From an uncultured bacterium (lineage in GTDB: Bacteria > Verrucomicrobiota > Verrucomicrobiia > Limisphaerales > UBA8199), in the NCBI GenBank assembly GCA_963749495.1, contig CAVVMW010000004.1:192001-256000 (forward strand): DNA of 64,000 bases, given 5' to 3'. Position numbers and translations under genes: made by a program. Each line of letters starts with the position of its first letter. Positions within the stretch are counted from its first letter, which is position 1. The notes beneath the pieces were generated by a model. The model was given only the letters and a program-made list of their open reading frames with translations, was not told where the DNA came from and searched no databases. Positions 49,859 through 60,638 of this stretch are shown piece by piece.

Positions 49859-50704
49859 TCAACTCCCGCATTCGTTGGACCCCTGCGCCCCGCGACGCAG
49901 GCGTTGCCGATTTGCTTCGTAGAAGAAGACCGCTGCGGCGCTGCCCACATTGAGGGAATCCACCGTGGGCGGCATGGGGATGGTTGCGGCATCCTGGCAG
50001 GCTGCCAGCACCGCGCCAGAGAGCCCGTAGCCTTCGCTGCCGAACACCAGGCAGCAGTCCCCGGAGAAATCGGCTTGGCACAAAGGGCGGGCGCGCGCGT
50101 GCGGATGGGCCGCGATGCCCCGAACGCCGTGTTGCCGCAATTGGGTCAGCGTCCCGGCCAGGCTCTTGGTCTCCAGGACGGGCAGGTGAAAGATGGCGCC
50201 CATGGACCCGCGGACTGCGCGGCGCAAGTAGGGGCTGACGCACGTCTCGCCCGCGATGAGGGCCTGCACGTTGAAGGCGGCACAATTGCGGACCAAGGCC
50301 CCGAGGTTCTCCGCGCTCGACAGCCCGTCCGCGGCCGCAAGGAGGCGTGGTTTGGCTGCTTGCGCCAGGATCCTCTCCAACGAGAGCGGCGGCGGCACTC
50401 GCCCCACCGCCAGCAATCCCTGGTACATCGAAAAGCCCGTCAGCGTCTCCAGCAGCTTCTTTTCCGCAACGAAAACGCTGATGTCCTCGGGCCGGGCCTG
50501 GAGGAACGGCGCCAGGTCCCGCAGCCATTTTTCCGGCAGCAGCACGGAGACGACGGTGAAGCGGCTCTCCAGGAGGCGGCGGACCAGTTTCTCACCTTCA
50601 GCCACGAAGAGGCCCTGCTGGCGGTGGTCGTGCTGGCGCCGCATCGTGCGGTAGGGCTCCAGCTCGGGCCAATCAAAGGCGACTATGGGTTGGGCGTGGA
50701 ACAA
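49859..50704 (-). CDS. TrmH/SpoU-family RNA methyltransferase
   Basis: FVAEGEK, ENLGALVR, RRAVRGSMG, FGSEGYGL, IPM...VDSLNV. Confidence 0.93.
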   Translation of the reverse strand: MFHAQPIVAFDWPELEPYRTMRRQHDHRQQGLFVAEGEKLVRRLLESRFTVVSVLLPEKWLRDLAPFLQARPEDISVFVAEKKLLETLTGFSMYQGLLAVGRVPPPLSLERILAQAAKPRLLAAADGLSSAENLGALVRNCAAFNVQALIAGETCVSPYLRRAVRGSMGAIFHLPVLETKSLAGTLTQLRQHGVRGIAAHPHARARPLCQADFSGDCCLVFGSEGYGLSGAVLAACQDAATIPMPPTVDSLNVGSAAAVFFYEANRQRLRRGAQGSNECGS

Positions 50705-50832
50705 GTGACTCAGTGGGAAGTGGGACGGGACACATGAGCAGACCCCTCACCCCGGCCCTCTCCCCATCCGATGGGGAGAGGGAGACGACTGCTCAACGCG
50801 CGTTGTGTCATACGCCGGGTACACATCAGCGA

Positions 50833-51702
50833 CTAAATCGGCAAATGGGCCTGGACCGGAGATTCCGCAAGCCGTGGCGGCGGCGCCGGCGGCGCCTGGG
50901 GCGCCTCGGCGCCGTTGATCTGGACGGTCAGGGCAGAGCAGGGGACCGATTGGGAGGTGAGTTCGACCCGGACATGGGAGGCGCCGATCTTGGCCAACCG
51001 TTGCTGGATGACTCGATAGGCCAGGTTGGGCCGATTGCACTCGCGGCTGAGGTGGCCCAGGTAGAGATGCCGCAGGCCGGAGGACATGATTGCTTCGAGG
51101 GCGTCGGCGGCCGCGTCGTTGGAGAGGTGCCCGTGGCGGCCCAGGATGCGCTGCTTGAGGCTCCAGGGGCGGGTGGGGCAGTCCTGGAGCATCCGGATGT
51201 CGTGGTTGGACTCCAGGAGCAGGACATTGGCCGCGCGGATGCGTTCGAGGACCAGCCTGGTCGTGTGGCCGAGGTCGGTCAAAAAGCCGAGTCTGCCCGC
51301 CGGGGTGTGCAGGAGATAGCCTACGGGGTCCTGGGCGTCGTGAGGGACGCTGAAGGTCTCCACCTGGATGTCCCCGACCTCGAAGCCGGCCCCGGTGCTG
51401 AAAATCCGGCAGTCGAACTGCGTCTTGAGTTGGTACTCGATGGCCTCCTGCGTCGGGCGGTTGCAATAGACCGGCAGCCCGAGCTTTTCCGTGAGCAGCG
51501 GCAGCCCGCGGATGTGATCGGCATGCTCGTGGGTGATGAGGACCCCCGTCAGGCCCTCGGGCGCCCGGCCAATGGTGGCCAGGCGCTGGCGGATCTGGCG
51601 CAGGCTGAATCCCGCATCGACCAGGATTCGCGCGCGCTCGGTCTCGATGTAAGCGCAATTGCCCGCTGAACCACTGCCGAGAATAGTCAGACAAACAGGC
51701 AC
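50833..51702 (-). CDS. MBL-fold metallo-hydrolase (YycJ/WalJ-like)
   Basis: LGSGSAGN, THEHADH, PHDA, TDLG, ESNHD, GHLSN, GHLSRECN. Confidence 0.92.
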   Translation of the reverse strand: MPVCLTILGSGSAGNCAYIETERARILVDAGFSLRQIRQRLATIGRAPEGLTGVLITHEHADHIRGLPLLTEKLGLPVYCNRPTQEAIEYQLKTQFDCRIFSTGAGFEVGDIQVETFSVPHDAQDPVGYLLHTPAGRLGFLTDLGHTTRLVLERIRAANVLLLESNHDIRMLQDCPTRPWSLKQRILGRHGHLSNDAAADALEAIMSSGLRHLYLGHLSRECNRPNLAYRVIQQRLAKIGASHVRVELTSQSVPCSALTVQINGAEAPQAPPAPPPRLAESPVQAHLPI

Positions 51703-51783
51703 GACTTACCTTAGCCGCCGCAATCCCGCCGGGCAACGTTATTTGTGGGCGGGTGCAAGGGCGCGTATCCCGACACTGGCCCC

Positions 51784-51900
51784 GTAGCGCAGACTTCCAA
51801 GTCTGCTGTATCGCGGGTTTCCTAACCCGCAGGCGCCGCGATTTTCGGCGCCCTGCCGACTGGAAGTCGGCGATACAGCAGGTTCGGAAATCTGCGCTAC
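51784..51900. repeat. GTAG-type REP doublet
   Basis: GTAGCGCAGACTTCCAAGTCTGCTGTATCGC ... GCGATACAGCAGGTTCGGAAATCTGCGCTAC. Confidence 0.85.
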
Positions 51901-52079
51901 AAACTGCTGTGCCCCGCCAAATGGGGGCGGTGCCGGGTCCGCCCGTTGCAAGGGACAAAAGCGACGAAAGGGACACAAGGGACGCGAGCGCGCGGTTTTG
52001 AGCTTGCGTTGGCGCGTGGGGCCTTCACCCTATTCTCATCGCCGCGTTATGGGCGATATTGCGGCGCGATGCAGTGCCT

Positions 52080-52754
52080 ATGAAAAAGATATCGGTTTTG
52101 CTCGTGGACGACCACACCGTAGTGCGCCAGGGCCTGCGCGCCCTGCTCAAGTCGGAGGAAGACATCGAGGTCGTCGGCGAGGCGGAAAACGGGCGCCAGG
52201 CCGTGATGCTGGCCCGGAAGACCCCGCCCGACGTCGTGGTCATGGACGTGGCTATGCCTCTGTTGAACGGTTTGGAGGCCACGCGGCAGATCCTCAAGAG
52301 CGTGCCGTCCGCCAAGGTGCTGGTGCTGACTTCGTATGGCGACGATGAATGCGTCGAGCAACTGATGCAGGCCGGGGCGGCGGGTTATCTCATCAAGCAA
52401 ACGGCGGCCGACGACCTTCTCAAGGCCATCCGCGAGGTCAAGCGCGGCAACGCCTACTTTAGCCCGGCCATTGCCAGGCGCCTGCGCGACCAGTGCCGCG
52501 AGGCCTTCACGAGCGGACAATCCCCAAAGAAGACGGGCGAGTTGACCTGCCGCGAGGCGGAGGTCCTGCAGTTGATTGCTGAGGGCTTTTCCAACAAACA
52601 GATCGCCTCCGAATTGAGCATCAGCATCAAGACCGTCGAAAAACACCGGCAGCAGGTGATGAACAAGCTCAATATTCACGACGTGGCGGGCCTGACCCGC
52701 TACGCCCTCTCCAAGGGCATGATCGAACGCAGCACCCCGGCGCTGAGCGCGTGA
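52080..52754 (+). CDS. NarL/LuxR-family response regulator
   Basis: VDDH, VMDVAMP, GYLIK, LT.REAEVL...SNKQIA..L.IS.KTVEKH. Confidence 0.95.
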   Translation: MKKISVLLVDDHTVVRQGLRALLKSEEDIEVVGEAENGRQAVMLARKTPPDVVVMDVAMPLLNGLEATRQILKSVPSAKVLVLTSYGDDECVEQLMQAGAAGYLIKQTAADDLLKAIREVKRGNAYFSPAIARRLRDQCREAFTSGQSPKKTGELTCREAEVLQLIAEGFSNKQIASELSISIKTVEKHRQQVMNKLNIHDVAGLTRYALSKGMIERSTPALSA

Positions 52755-52917
52755 GGCCGGTTGCCGCCGGGCTCCGCGCGGGTCTGGCTTGCTCCCAACC
52801 TTCGTCGCAACCTTTGTCGCCTGGGCTCTTTCTCGACAAAGGTGACGACAAAGGCCGCGACAAAGGTCTGGATTTGGGGTTTTTGGGTGCGCGAGCGATT
52901 TGCTCGAGCGCCCACCC

Positions 52918-52970
52918 TGCCGCCTAAAGGCGGCGTTCCGGATGGCTGCGGAACGCCGCCTTTAGGCGGC
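52918..52970. repeat. Long palindrome
   Basis: TGCCGCCTAAAGGCGGCGTTCCG ... CGGAACGCCGCCTTTAGGCGGCA. Confidence 0.8.
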
Positions 52971-53003
52971 AGCGAGGAACTCCGTCCTGCGCCCTGGGGT
53001 TTC

Positions 53004-53206
53004 AGGGCCGTTGACAAAGTTGTAGCGCAGGTTTCCAAACCTGCCGTATCGCCGATTTCCAATCGGCAGGGCGTCGGCATGTCGAGCGCCCCCGGTTTGC
53101 GGACGGCCTGCGGGTTTGGAAACCCGCGATACAGCAGGTTTGGAAACCTGCGCTACGCTGGCGCCCCTGGCGCACGGGCGCGCCGAGCGACTTTGTCAAG
53201 GGCCCT
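53004..53206. mobile_element. MITE enclosing a GTAG REP doublet; intact relative of the element interrupted at 60564-63707
   Basis: TIRs AGGGCCGTTGACAAAGT / ACTTTGTCAAGGGCCCT; REPs at 53022-53156. Confidence 0.85.
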
Positions 53207-53296
53207 GCCTGGGGTTTTTGGGTCCGCGAAAGGGACTTGCCACATTGGGATATATGGGGTATAAATCGGGTGTACCACTTGCTAGAGCTCCGTTTT

Positions 53297-53824
53297 ATGA
53301 ACTGGGCAGACGAACCAGCTACGGAGACGCAACTCGGTCACCTGGGGCAACTCGGCTACAGGCCCGCTGCCGCGCTGACCAAAGGGGAGGCTGCGCGTTT
53401 GATTAGCTGGTTCGAGCGCCACCGCGCCAATCCGTCTTCACCCGGAGAGGCCGCCCTCCATGAGAAGGCCGAGCCGGAGGCCTACCTGCTTCGCATCGCC
53501 GTGGCCAGCCGCAAACGGACGCCCACCTCGGCCCAGGGGCAGACCCTGGACGCGTTCCAGCAGGAGCTGCATCTGGCCCTGGAGCGGCGCCAGGAATTTT
53601 GGCTCGACACATGCCGCGAGGTCACCCAAATGCGCCAGCCGTCCAACCAGGTGCTCGAGCTCTACAAACAGCACGGCTGCCGCTTCTTCCCCCCCAAACG
53701 CCTGGAGGCCCAGGAAATCCTCGACGCCCTGGACTCCGCCATGCCAAGCTGGGACATAGAGCACCCTGCGCCTTTCTACCAGACCCTCGAGTTGAACTTC
53801 CCGCAATTGGTGCGCCTCCGCTGA
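53297..53824 (+). CDS. Hypothetical protein
   Basis: 175-aa ORF with coding-like GC3; N-terminal W.DEPAT..QL..L...G......TKGEA..LI motif. Confidence 0.7.
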   Translation: MNWADEPATETQLGHLGQLGYRPAAALTKGEAARLISWFERHRANPSSPGEAALHEKAEPEAYLLRIAVASRKRTPTSAQGQTLDAFQQELHLALERRQEFWLDTCREVTQMRQPSNQVLELYKQHGCRFFPPKRLEAQEILDALDSAMPSWDIEHPAPFYQTLELNFPQLVRLR

Positions 53825-53843
53825 AGGGGCGCATCTGGCCGAG

Positions 53844-54114
53844 GATTGCCATTAAAAGCGTCGGCTATGCGCCTCAGGAGTTTTGTCCCGGAGGGACATC
53901 CGACAATAGCCCGGCGTTTCAACGCCGGGGAGGCCGCAAGAGGGATCCTCGTCCCGAAGGGACGACTGAGAACACTCCCGGCTTTCAGCCGTCCCTTCGG
54001 GACGGACCTCCTCCTTGGGTCCGGTCACCCGGCGTTGAAACGCCGGGCTATTGTCGGAAGCCCCTTCGGGGCAAAAAGGCGCCGAGGGCTGACCAACAGT
54101 TTTTAATCGCACCC
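53844..54114. mobile_element. ~270-bp MITE/REP composite, copy 2
   Basis: Near-identical to 27816-28085. Confidence 0.85.
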
Positions 54115-54173
54115 CTCGCCGAAATCTGATTTGCGCTCAGCGCCGCGGACGGCGTAAGTTGATGGCTGCTGGC

Positions 54174-56002
<1,829 letters not shown>

Positions 56003-56004
56003 TT

Positions 56005-58359
56005 ATGAATTCTAACATTCTCCGCAAAGATTCCGGCCTGCTCGGAGGGGGAGCGGCGGGAAGAGTCGAATTTGGCCTCGTTGCGTTGTTGCTGGCTGCC
56101 CTGGCGTCCGCGGCGCTGGCGGGGGCGCCGGCGCCGGTCACTCTGGCCAGCCCGCTGCAAGGGACGGACTCGGAGTTTCAGTTTTCGCACGGGAACGAGT
56201 ACCCGGCCATCGCGTTGCCGTTCCCGATGAACACCTGGGCGCCCTACACCCAGCCGGCGCGCGACTCGTTCTATTATCAATACCGCCAGACCAGGATTCG
56301 CGGCATCCGCCAGACGCACCAGCCCAGCCCATGGATCAACGATTACGCCGTCTTCGCCCTTATGCCTGTCTGGGGCAAACTCGCCCTCAAGGAGGACGAG
56401 CGCGCCTCGGTCTTCAGGCACGAGCAGGAAACCGCCCAGCCCAGCTACTACCGTGTCCGCCTGGATACCTGGAAGGCCATCGCCGAGGTCACCCCCACCG
56501 AACGGTGCGCCAGTTTCCGCTTCACCTTCGAGGAACCGGGGGAGGCTTATGTCGTGCTCGACGCGTTCCCGGGCGGCTCTGCAGTCGAGGTCATCCCCGC
56601 GGAAAACAAGATCGTCGGCATCAGCCGTTACAACCACGGCGGTGTGCCGGCCAATTTCGCCAACTACTTTGTCATCATCTTCGATCGGCCCTTCAGCGCC
56701 CACGGCGTTTGGTCGCCGGACGAGGTCAAGCCGGGCGAGACCCGCCTGGAGGGCAAGCAGGCCGGCGCCTTCGTGAAGTTCGATACGACGGACAATCGTG
56801 TGGTCGGCTGCCGGGTCGCCTCGTCGTTCATCAGCCCGGAGCAAGCGCTGCGCAACCTCGAGCACGAGATCGGCAAGGCCGATTTTGACGCCGTCCGCCG
56901 CCAGGCCGAGCAGCGATGGAACCAGGCCCTGGACCGCGCCCGCGTCGAGGGCGGCACTGAAGACCAGCGGCGCACCTTCTATTGCGCCCTCTACCGCAGC
57001 ATCCTCTATCCCCATCGCTTCTACGAACTGAACCAGGAGGGCCGCCCGGTCTATTTCAGCCCTTACGACGGCAAGCTCCACGAGGGTGTGCTTTACACCG
57101 ACTCAGGCTTCTGGGACACCTTCCGCGCGGCGCACCCGCTCTACAACCTGCTGTTCCCCGAGGTGAGCGCCGAGATTCTCCAGGGCCTTCTCAATGCCTA
57201 CGACCAGAGCGGCTGGCTGCCCTCGTGGTCCAGCCCGGGCCATCGCCCGTGCATGATCGGCAACCACGCCTTCTCGTTGCTGGCCGACGGCTGGGCCAAG
57301 GGCGTTTGCGGTTTCGACGCCCAAAAGGCGGTCACCGCCATGGTCCATGACGCCAACACGCAGGGACCCGGCAATTGCCGCTCGATCGGCCGCGACGGCG
57401 CGGAGTATTACCGCAAGCTCGGCTATGTCCCCTACTCGAACGTGCGCGGCGAACCCAGCGTCGAGGAGGCGGCCGCCAAGACACTCGAATATGCCTACGA
57501 CAACTTCTGCCTGGCCCGGCTGGCCCAGGCCATCGGGCGCAAGGCCGAGGCGGAGGAGTTCTACCGCAAGGCCCTCAATTACCAGAACCTCTTTGACACC
57601 AAGACCGGCTTCATGCGCGGCCGCAAGGCTGACGGCTCATGGTGCGAGCCCTTCGACCCGACCGAATGGGGCGGTCCCTTCACCGAAGGCTGTTCCTGGC
57701 ACTGGACCTGGAGTGTCTTCCACGACATCCCGGGCCTGGTCAAGCTCATGGGCGGCGACAGGGCCTTCGCCGACCGGCTCGACGCGGTGTTCACGGCGCC
57801 CAACACCTTCAAGGTCGGCACTTACCGCGGCACCATCCACGAGATGACCGAGATGGTTGCCCTGGACATGGGCCAGTACGCCCATGGCAACGAGCCGATC
57901 CATCACATGATCTACCTCTATGATTATGTCGGCCAGCCCTGGAAGACCCAGTCCCGCATCCGCCTGGCAATGAACATGCTCTACCAGGCCACACCCGACG
58001 GCCTCTGCGGCGATGAGGACACCGGCCAAATGTCCGCCTGGTATGTCCTGAGCGCGCTCGGCCTTTATGCCGTCTGCCCGGGCGACACCAACTACGTCAT
58101 CGGCAGCCCCCTCTTCGATCGCGCCACCCTCAGCCTGGCTGGCGGCAAGACCTTCACCGTCCTGGCCAACAACAACGGGACCCAGCATCCCTACATCCAT
58201 GCCGCTTCTCTCAATGGCCGGCCTTTTAATCGCACCTACCTCTCGCACCAGGAGGTCCTGGCCGGCGGCCAACTGGCCTTCGAGATGGTCTCCGCCCCGG
58301 ACTACAAGTGGGCCACCGGCAAGGATGCCCGGCCACCGGCCGTGATGCCCGCGGAATAG
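56005..58359 (+). CDS. Glycoside hydrolase family 92 (alpha-1,2-mannosidase)
   Basis: THQPSPW, WDTFRA, MIGNH, TLEYAYD, FTEG, HGNEP, GDEDTGQMSAWY. Confidence 0.95.
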   Translation: MNSNILRKDSGLLGGGAAGRVEFGLVALLLAALASAALAGAPAPVTLASPLQGTDSEFQFSHGNEYPAIALPFPMNTWAPYTQPARDSFYYQYRQTRIRGIRQTHQPSPWINDYAVFALMPVWGKLALKEDERASVFRHEQETAQPSYYRVRLDTWKAIAEVTPTERCASFRFTFEEPGEAYVVLDAFPGGSAVEVIPAENKIVGISRYNHGGVPANFANYFVIIFDRPFSAHGVWSPDEVKPGETRLEGKQAGAFVKFDTTDNRVVGCRVASSFISPEQALRNLEHEIGKADFDAVRRQAEQRWNQALDRARVEGGTEDQRRTFYCALYRSILYPHRFYELNQEGRPVYFSPYDGKLHEGVLYTDSGFWDTFRAAHPLYNLLFPEVSAEILQGLLNAYDQSGWLPSWSSPGHRPCMIGNHAFSLLADGWAKGVCGFDAQKAVTAMVHDANTQGPGNCRSIGRDGAEYYRKLGYVPYSNVRGEPSVEEAAAKTLEYAYDNFCLARLAQAIGRKAEAEEFYRKALNYQNLFDTKTGFMRGRKADGSWCEPFDPTEWGGPFTEGCSWHWTWSVFHDIPGLVKLMGGDRAFADRLDAVFTAPNTFKVGTYRGTIHEMTEMVALDMGQYAHGNEPIHHMIYLYDYVGQPWKTQSRIRLAMNMLYQATPDGLCGDEDTGQMSAWYVLSALGLYAVCPGDTNYVIGSPLFDRATLSLAGGKTFTVLANNNGTQHPYIHAASLNGRPFNRTYLSHQEVLAGGQLAFEMVSAPDYKWATGKDARPPAVMPAE

Positions 58360-58396
58360 GCTTCGTCAAGGCCGGCTTGCGGCTCAACCAGCAGGA

Positions 58397-58670
58397 GGGT
58401 GCGATGAAAACTGTCGGTCAGCCCACGGCGCCTTTTTTGCCCCGGAGGGGCTTCCGACAATAGCCCGGCGTTTCAACGCCGGGTGAGCGGACCCAAGGAC
58501 CAGGTCCGTCCCGAAGGGACGGCTGAAAGCAGGGAGTCCGCTCTCAGTCGTCCCTTCGGGACGAGCGTCCCTGTTGTGGCGTGCCCGGCGTTGAAACGCC
58601 GGGCTATTGTCAGATGTCCCTCCGGGACAAAACCCCACGAAGCCCATCGCCGAGGCTTCTAATCGCACCC
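58397..58670. mobile_element. ~270-bp MITE/REP composite, copy 3 (inverted)
   Basis: TIRs GGGTGCGATGA / TAATCGCACCC; body is the reverse complement of copies 1 and 2. Confidence 0.85.
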
Positions 58671-58683
58671 CCAGCAGGAAACA

Positions 58684-58974
58684 TTGCTTTTCCGGGAGGA
58701 AGCCGCTAGGGTACTCGACGAGACTGAGAAGGCTAGTATTATGGAATTGACGACGAGTTGGACTGAGAAGGGCATCGAGATCGGGCGACAGGAAGGCCGT
58801 GAACAGGAGCGCCAGCTTCTTCTGCGCATGTTGCGCAAGCGGTTTGGCCCCATGGAGCCCGAATGGGAGGCGCGCATCGGCCAGTTCTCGTTCGAGCAAC
58901 TCGGAGAGTTAGGCGAGGCCCTGGTGGATTTCACCTCGCGCCTGGACATCAGGAACTGGCTGGCGACCCACTGA
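58684..58974 (+). pseudogene. C-terminal DUF4351/Rpn-like fragment
   Basis: MELTTSW.EKG...GRQEG...LR.L.KRFG...EQL.ELGEAL.DF....WL. Confidence 0.75.
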
Positions 58975-58984
58975 GAATTCAACA

Positions 58985-60493
58985 TTGCGAAACGAGAACC
59001 CGATAGCTTCGCTGACCTCGGAGTCCGGCGCCTCGGCTCAGCCCGCCGCCGCCTCGCCGGCGGCCGGTGGCCAGGGCCAGGCCTATCGCGGCCCGTTCGC
59101 GATCATGACGAGCCTCTTCTTCATGTGGGGCGTCATGAATGTCTCGAACGACATCCTGATCCCCCGCTTCAAGGAGGCCTTCGCACTCAGTTACTTCCAG
59201 GCGATGCTGGTCCAGTTCGCCTTCTTCGGCGCCTATTCGATCGGCGGCCTGGCCTATTTTTTGATCTCGATGTACTCTGGCGACCCGATCAACCGCATCG
59301 GCTACAAGAAGGGCGTTATCATCGGCCTGCTCATCTGCGCCTCGGGCAGCGTCTTGTTCTATCCGGCGGCGATGGCGGTTTCGTATCCGTTTTTTCTGAC
59401 CGCGTTGTTCATCGCCGGGCTGGGCCTGGCGATGCTGCAGATAGCCGCCAACCCGTACGTGACCATCCTGGGCTCGGAACGGACGGCCTCGGCACGGCTC
59501 AACCTCTCCCAGGCCTTCAATTCGTTCGGCACGACCATCGGCCCCATCATCGGCGGCTGGCTCATCTTCACGGTGTTCAATCGCCCCGGGGCGCACGGGG
59601 CCGACTCGGTCAAGATCCCCTACCTGGGCTTCGCCGCAGCCTATCTTTTCCTGGCGTTCTTTTTCACCGTTGCCCATGTCCCCAATTTCACGAACAAAGA
59701 GCAGGCGGTGCGCGGCCTTGGCGCTCTCAAGCACCCCCACACGGTCCTGGGGATGATCGCCATCTTCATGTACGTCGGCGGGGAGATCTCCACCGGCAGC
59801 ATCATCGTCAATTTCCTGGGCACCGAGAAGCTGGGCCATGTCCCCAGGGAGATCGCCAGCGGCTACCTGGCCTTTTATTGGGGCGGGCTGATGATCGGGC
59901 GGTTCATGGGCGCGTTTGCCCTGAGCGATATGCGCAAGGCGCTCAAGCACACGCTGGTGGTGGCCGTGCCGGTGACGGCCTTTCTGATCATCCTGTTGTT
60001 GCCGGCCGCGGGCAAGGCCCTGCACCTGGGCTGGGACCGCGCGGCGCTGCTCTGCAGCCTCCCCAATGCCCTGCGCTACGGTGTCTTCCTGGCCGTCCTG
60101 CTCGCCGCCTTTTTCGCGGGCGAATCCAGCCCGCACCGGATGCTGGCGCTCTTCAGCGGCGTCATCCTTGGCCTGATGCTCACGGGCATTGTCAGCGCCG
60201 GCGAAACGGCCAAATGGGCCATCCTGTGCGTCGGGCTGTTCTGTTCGGTGATGTGGTCCAACATCTTCTCATTGGCCATCGAGGGGCTTGGCCCTCTCAA
60301 GAGCCAGGCCTCCTCGCTCCTGGTGGTGGCCATCCTGGGCGGCGCCGTGCTGCCGCCCACGCAGGGCCGGATCGCCGACCTCTACGGCGTTCAGGTCTCC
60401 TTTGTGGTTCCGATGGCGGCCTTTGCTTACATCGCCTTTTACGGGCTCTACGGCTATCGGGCGGGGCGAAACCCGGTCGTGAGCATAGAATAG
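58985..60493 (+). CDS. MFS sugar permease (FucP/GluP family)
   Basis: SLFFMWG, NDILIP, QFAFF, LQIAANPYV, RLNLSQAFNS, YVGGE; multiple TMs. Confidence 0.93.
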   Translation: MRNENPIASLTSESGASAQPAAASPAAGGQGQAYRGPFAIMTSLFFMWGVMNVSNDILIPRFKEAFALSYFQAMLVQFAFFGAYSIGGLAYFLISMYSGDPINRIGYKKGVIIGLLICASGSVLFYPAAMAVSYPFFLTALFIAGLGLAMLQIAANPYVTILGSERTASARLNLSQAFNSFGTTIGPIIGGWLIFTVFNRPGAHGADSVKIPYLGFAAAYLFLAFFFTVAHVPNFTNKEQAVRGLGALKHPHTVLGMIAIFMYVGGEISTGSIIVNFLGTEKLGHVPREIASGYLAFYWGGLMIGRFMGAFALSDMRKALKHTLVVAVPVTAFLIILLLPAAGKALHLGWDRAALLCSLPNALRYGVFLAVLLAAFFAGESSPHRMLALFSGVILGLMLTGIVSAGETAKWAILCVGLFCSVMWSNIFSLAIEGLGPLKSQASSLLVVAILGGAVLPPTQGRIADLYGVQVSFVVPMAAFAYIAFYGLYGYRAGRNPVVSIE

Positions 60494-60638
60494 AGCCTGT
60501 ACCAACAGCCCCGCGCGTGGGGGACCTTTGTCGCGGCCTTTGTCGCAGCCTTTGTCGAACCGCGGGGCCATTGACAAAGTCGCTCGGCGCGCCGGTGCGC
60601 CAGGGGCGCCAGCGTAGCGCAGGTTTCCGACGGTGGTT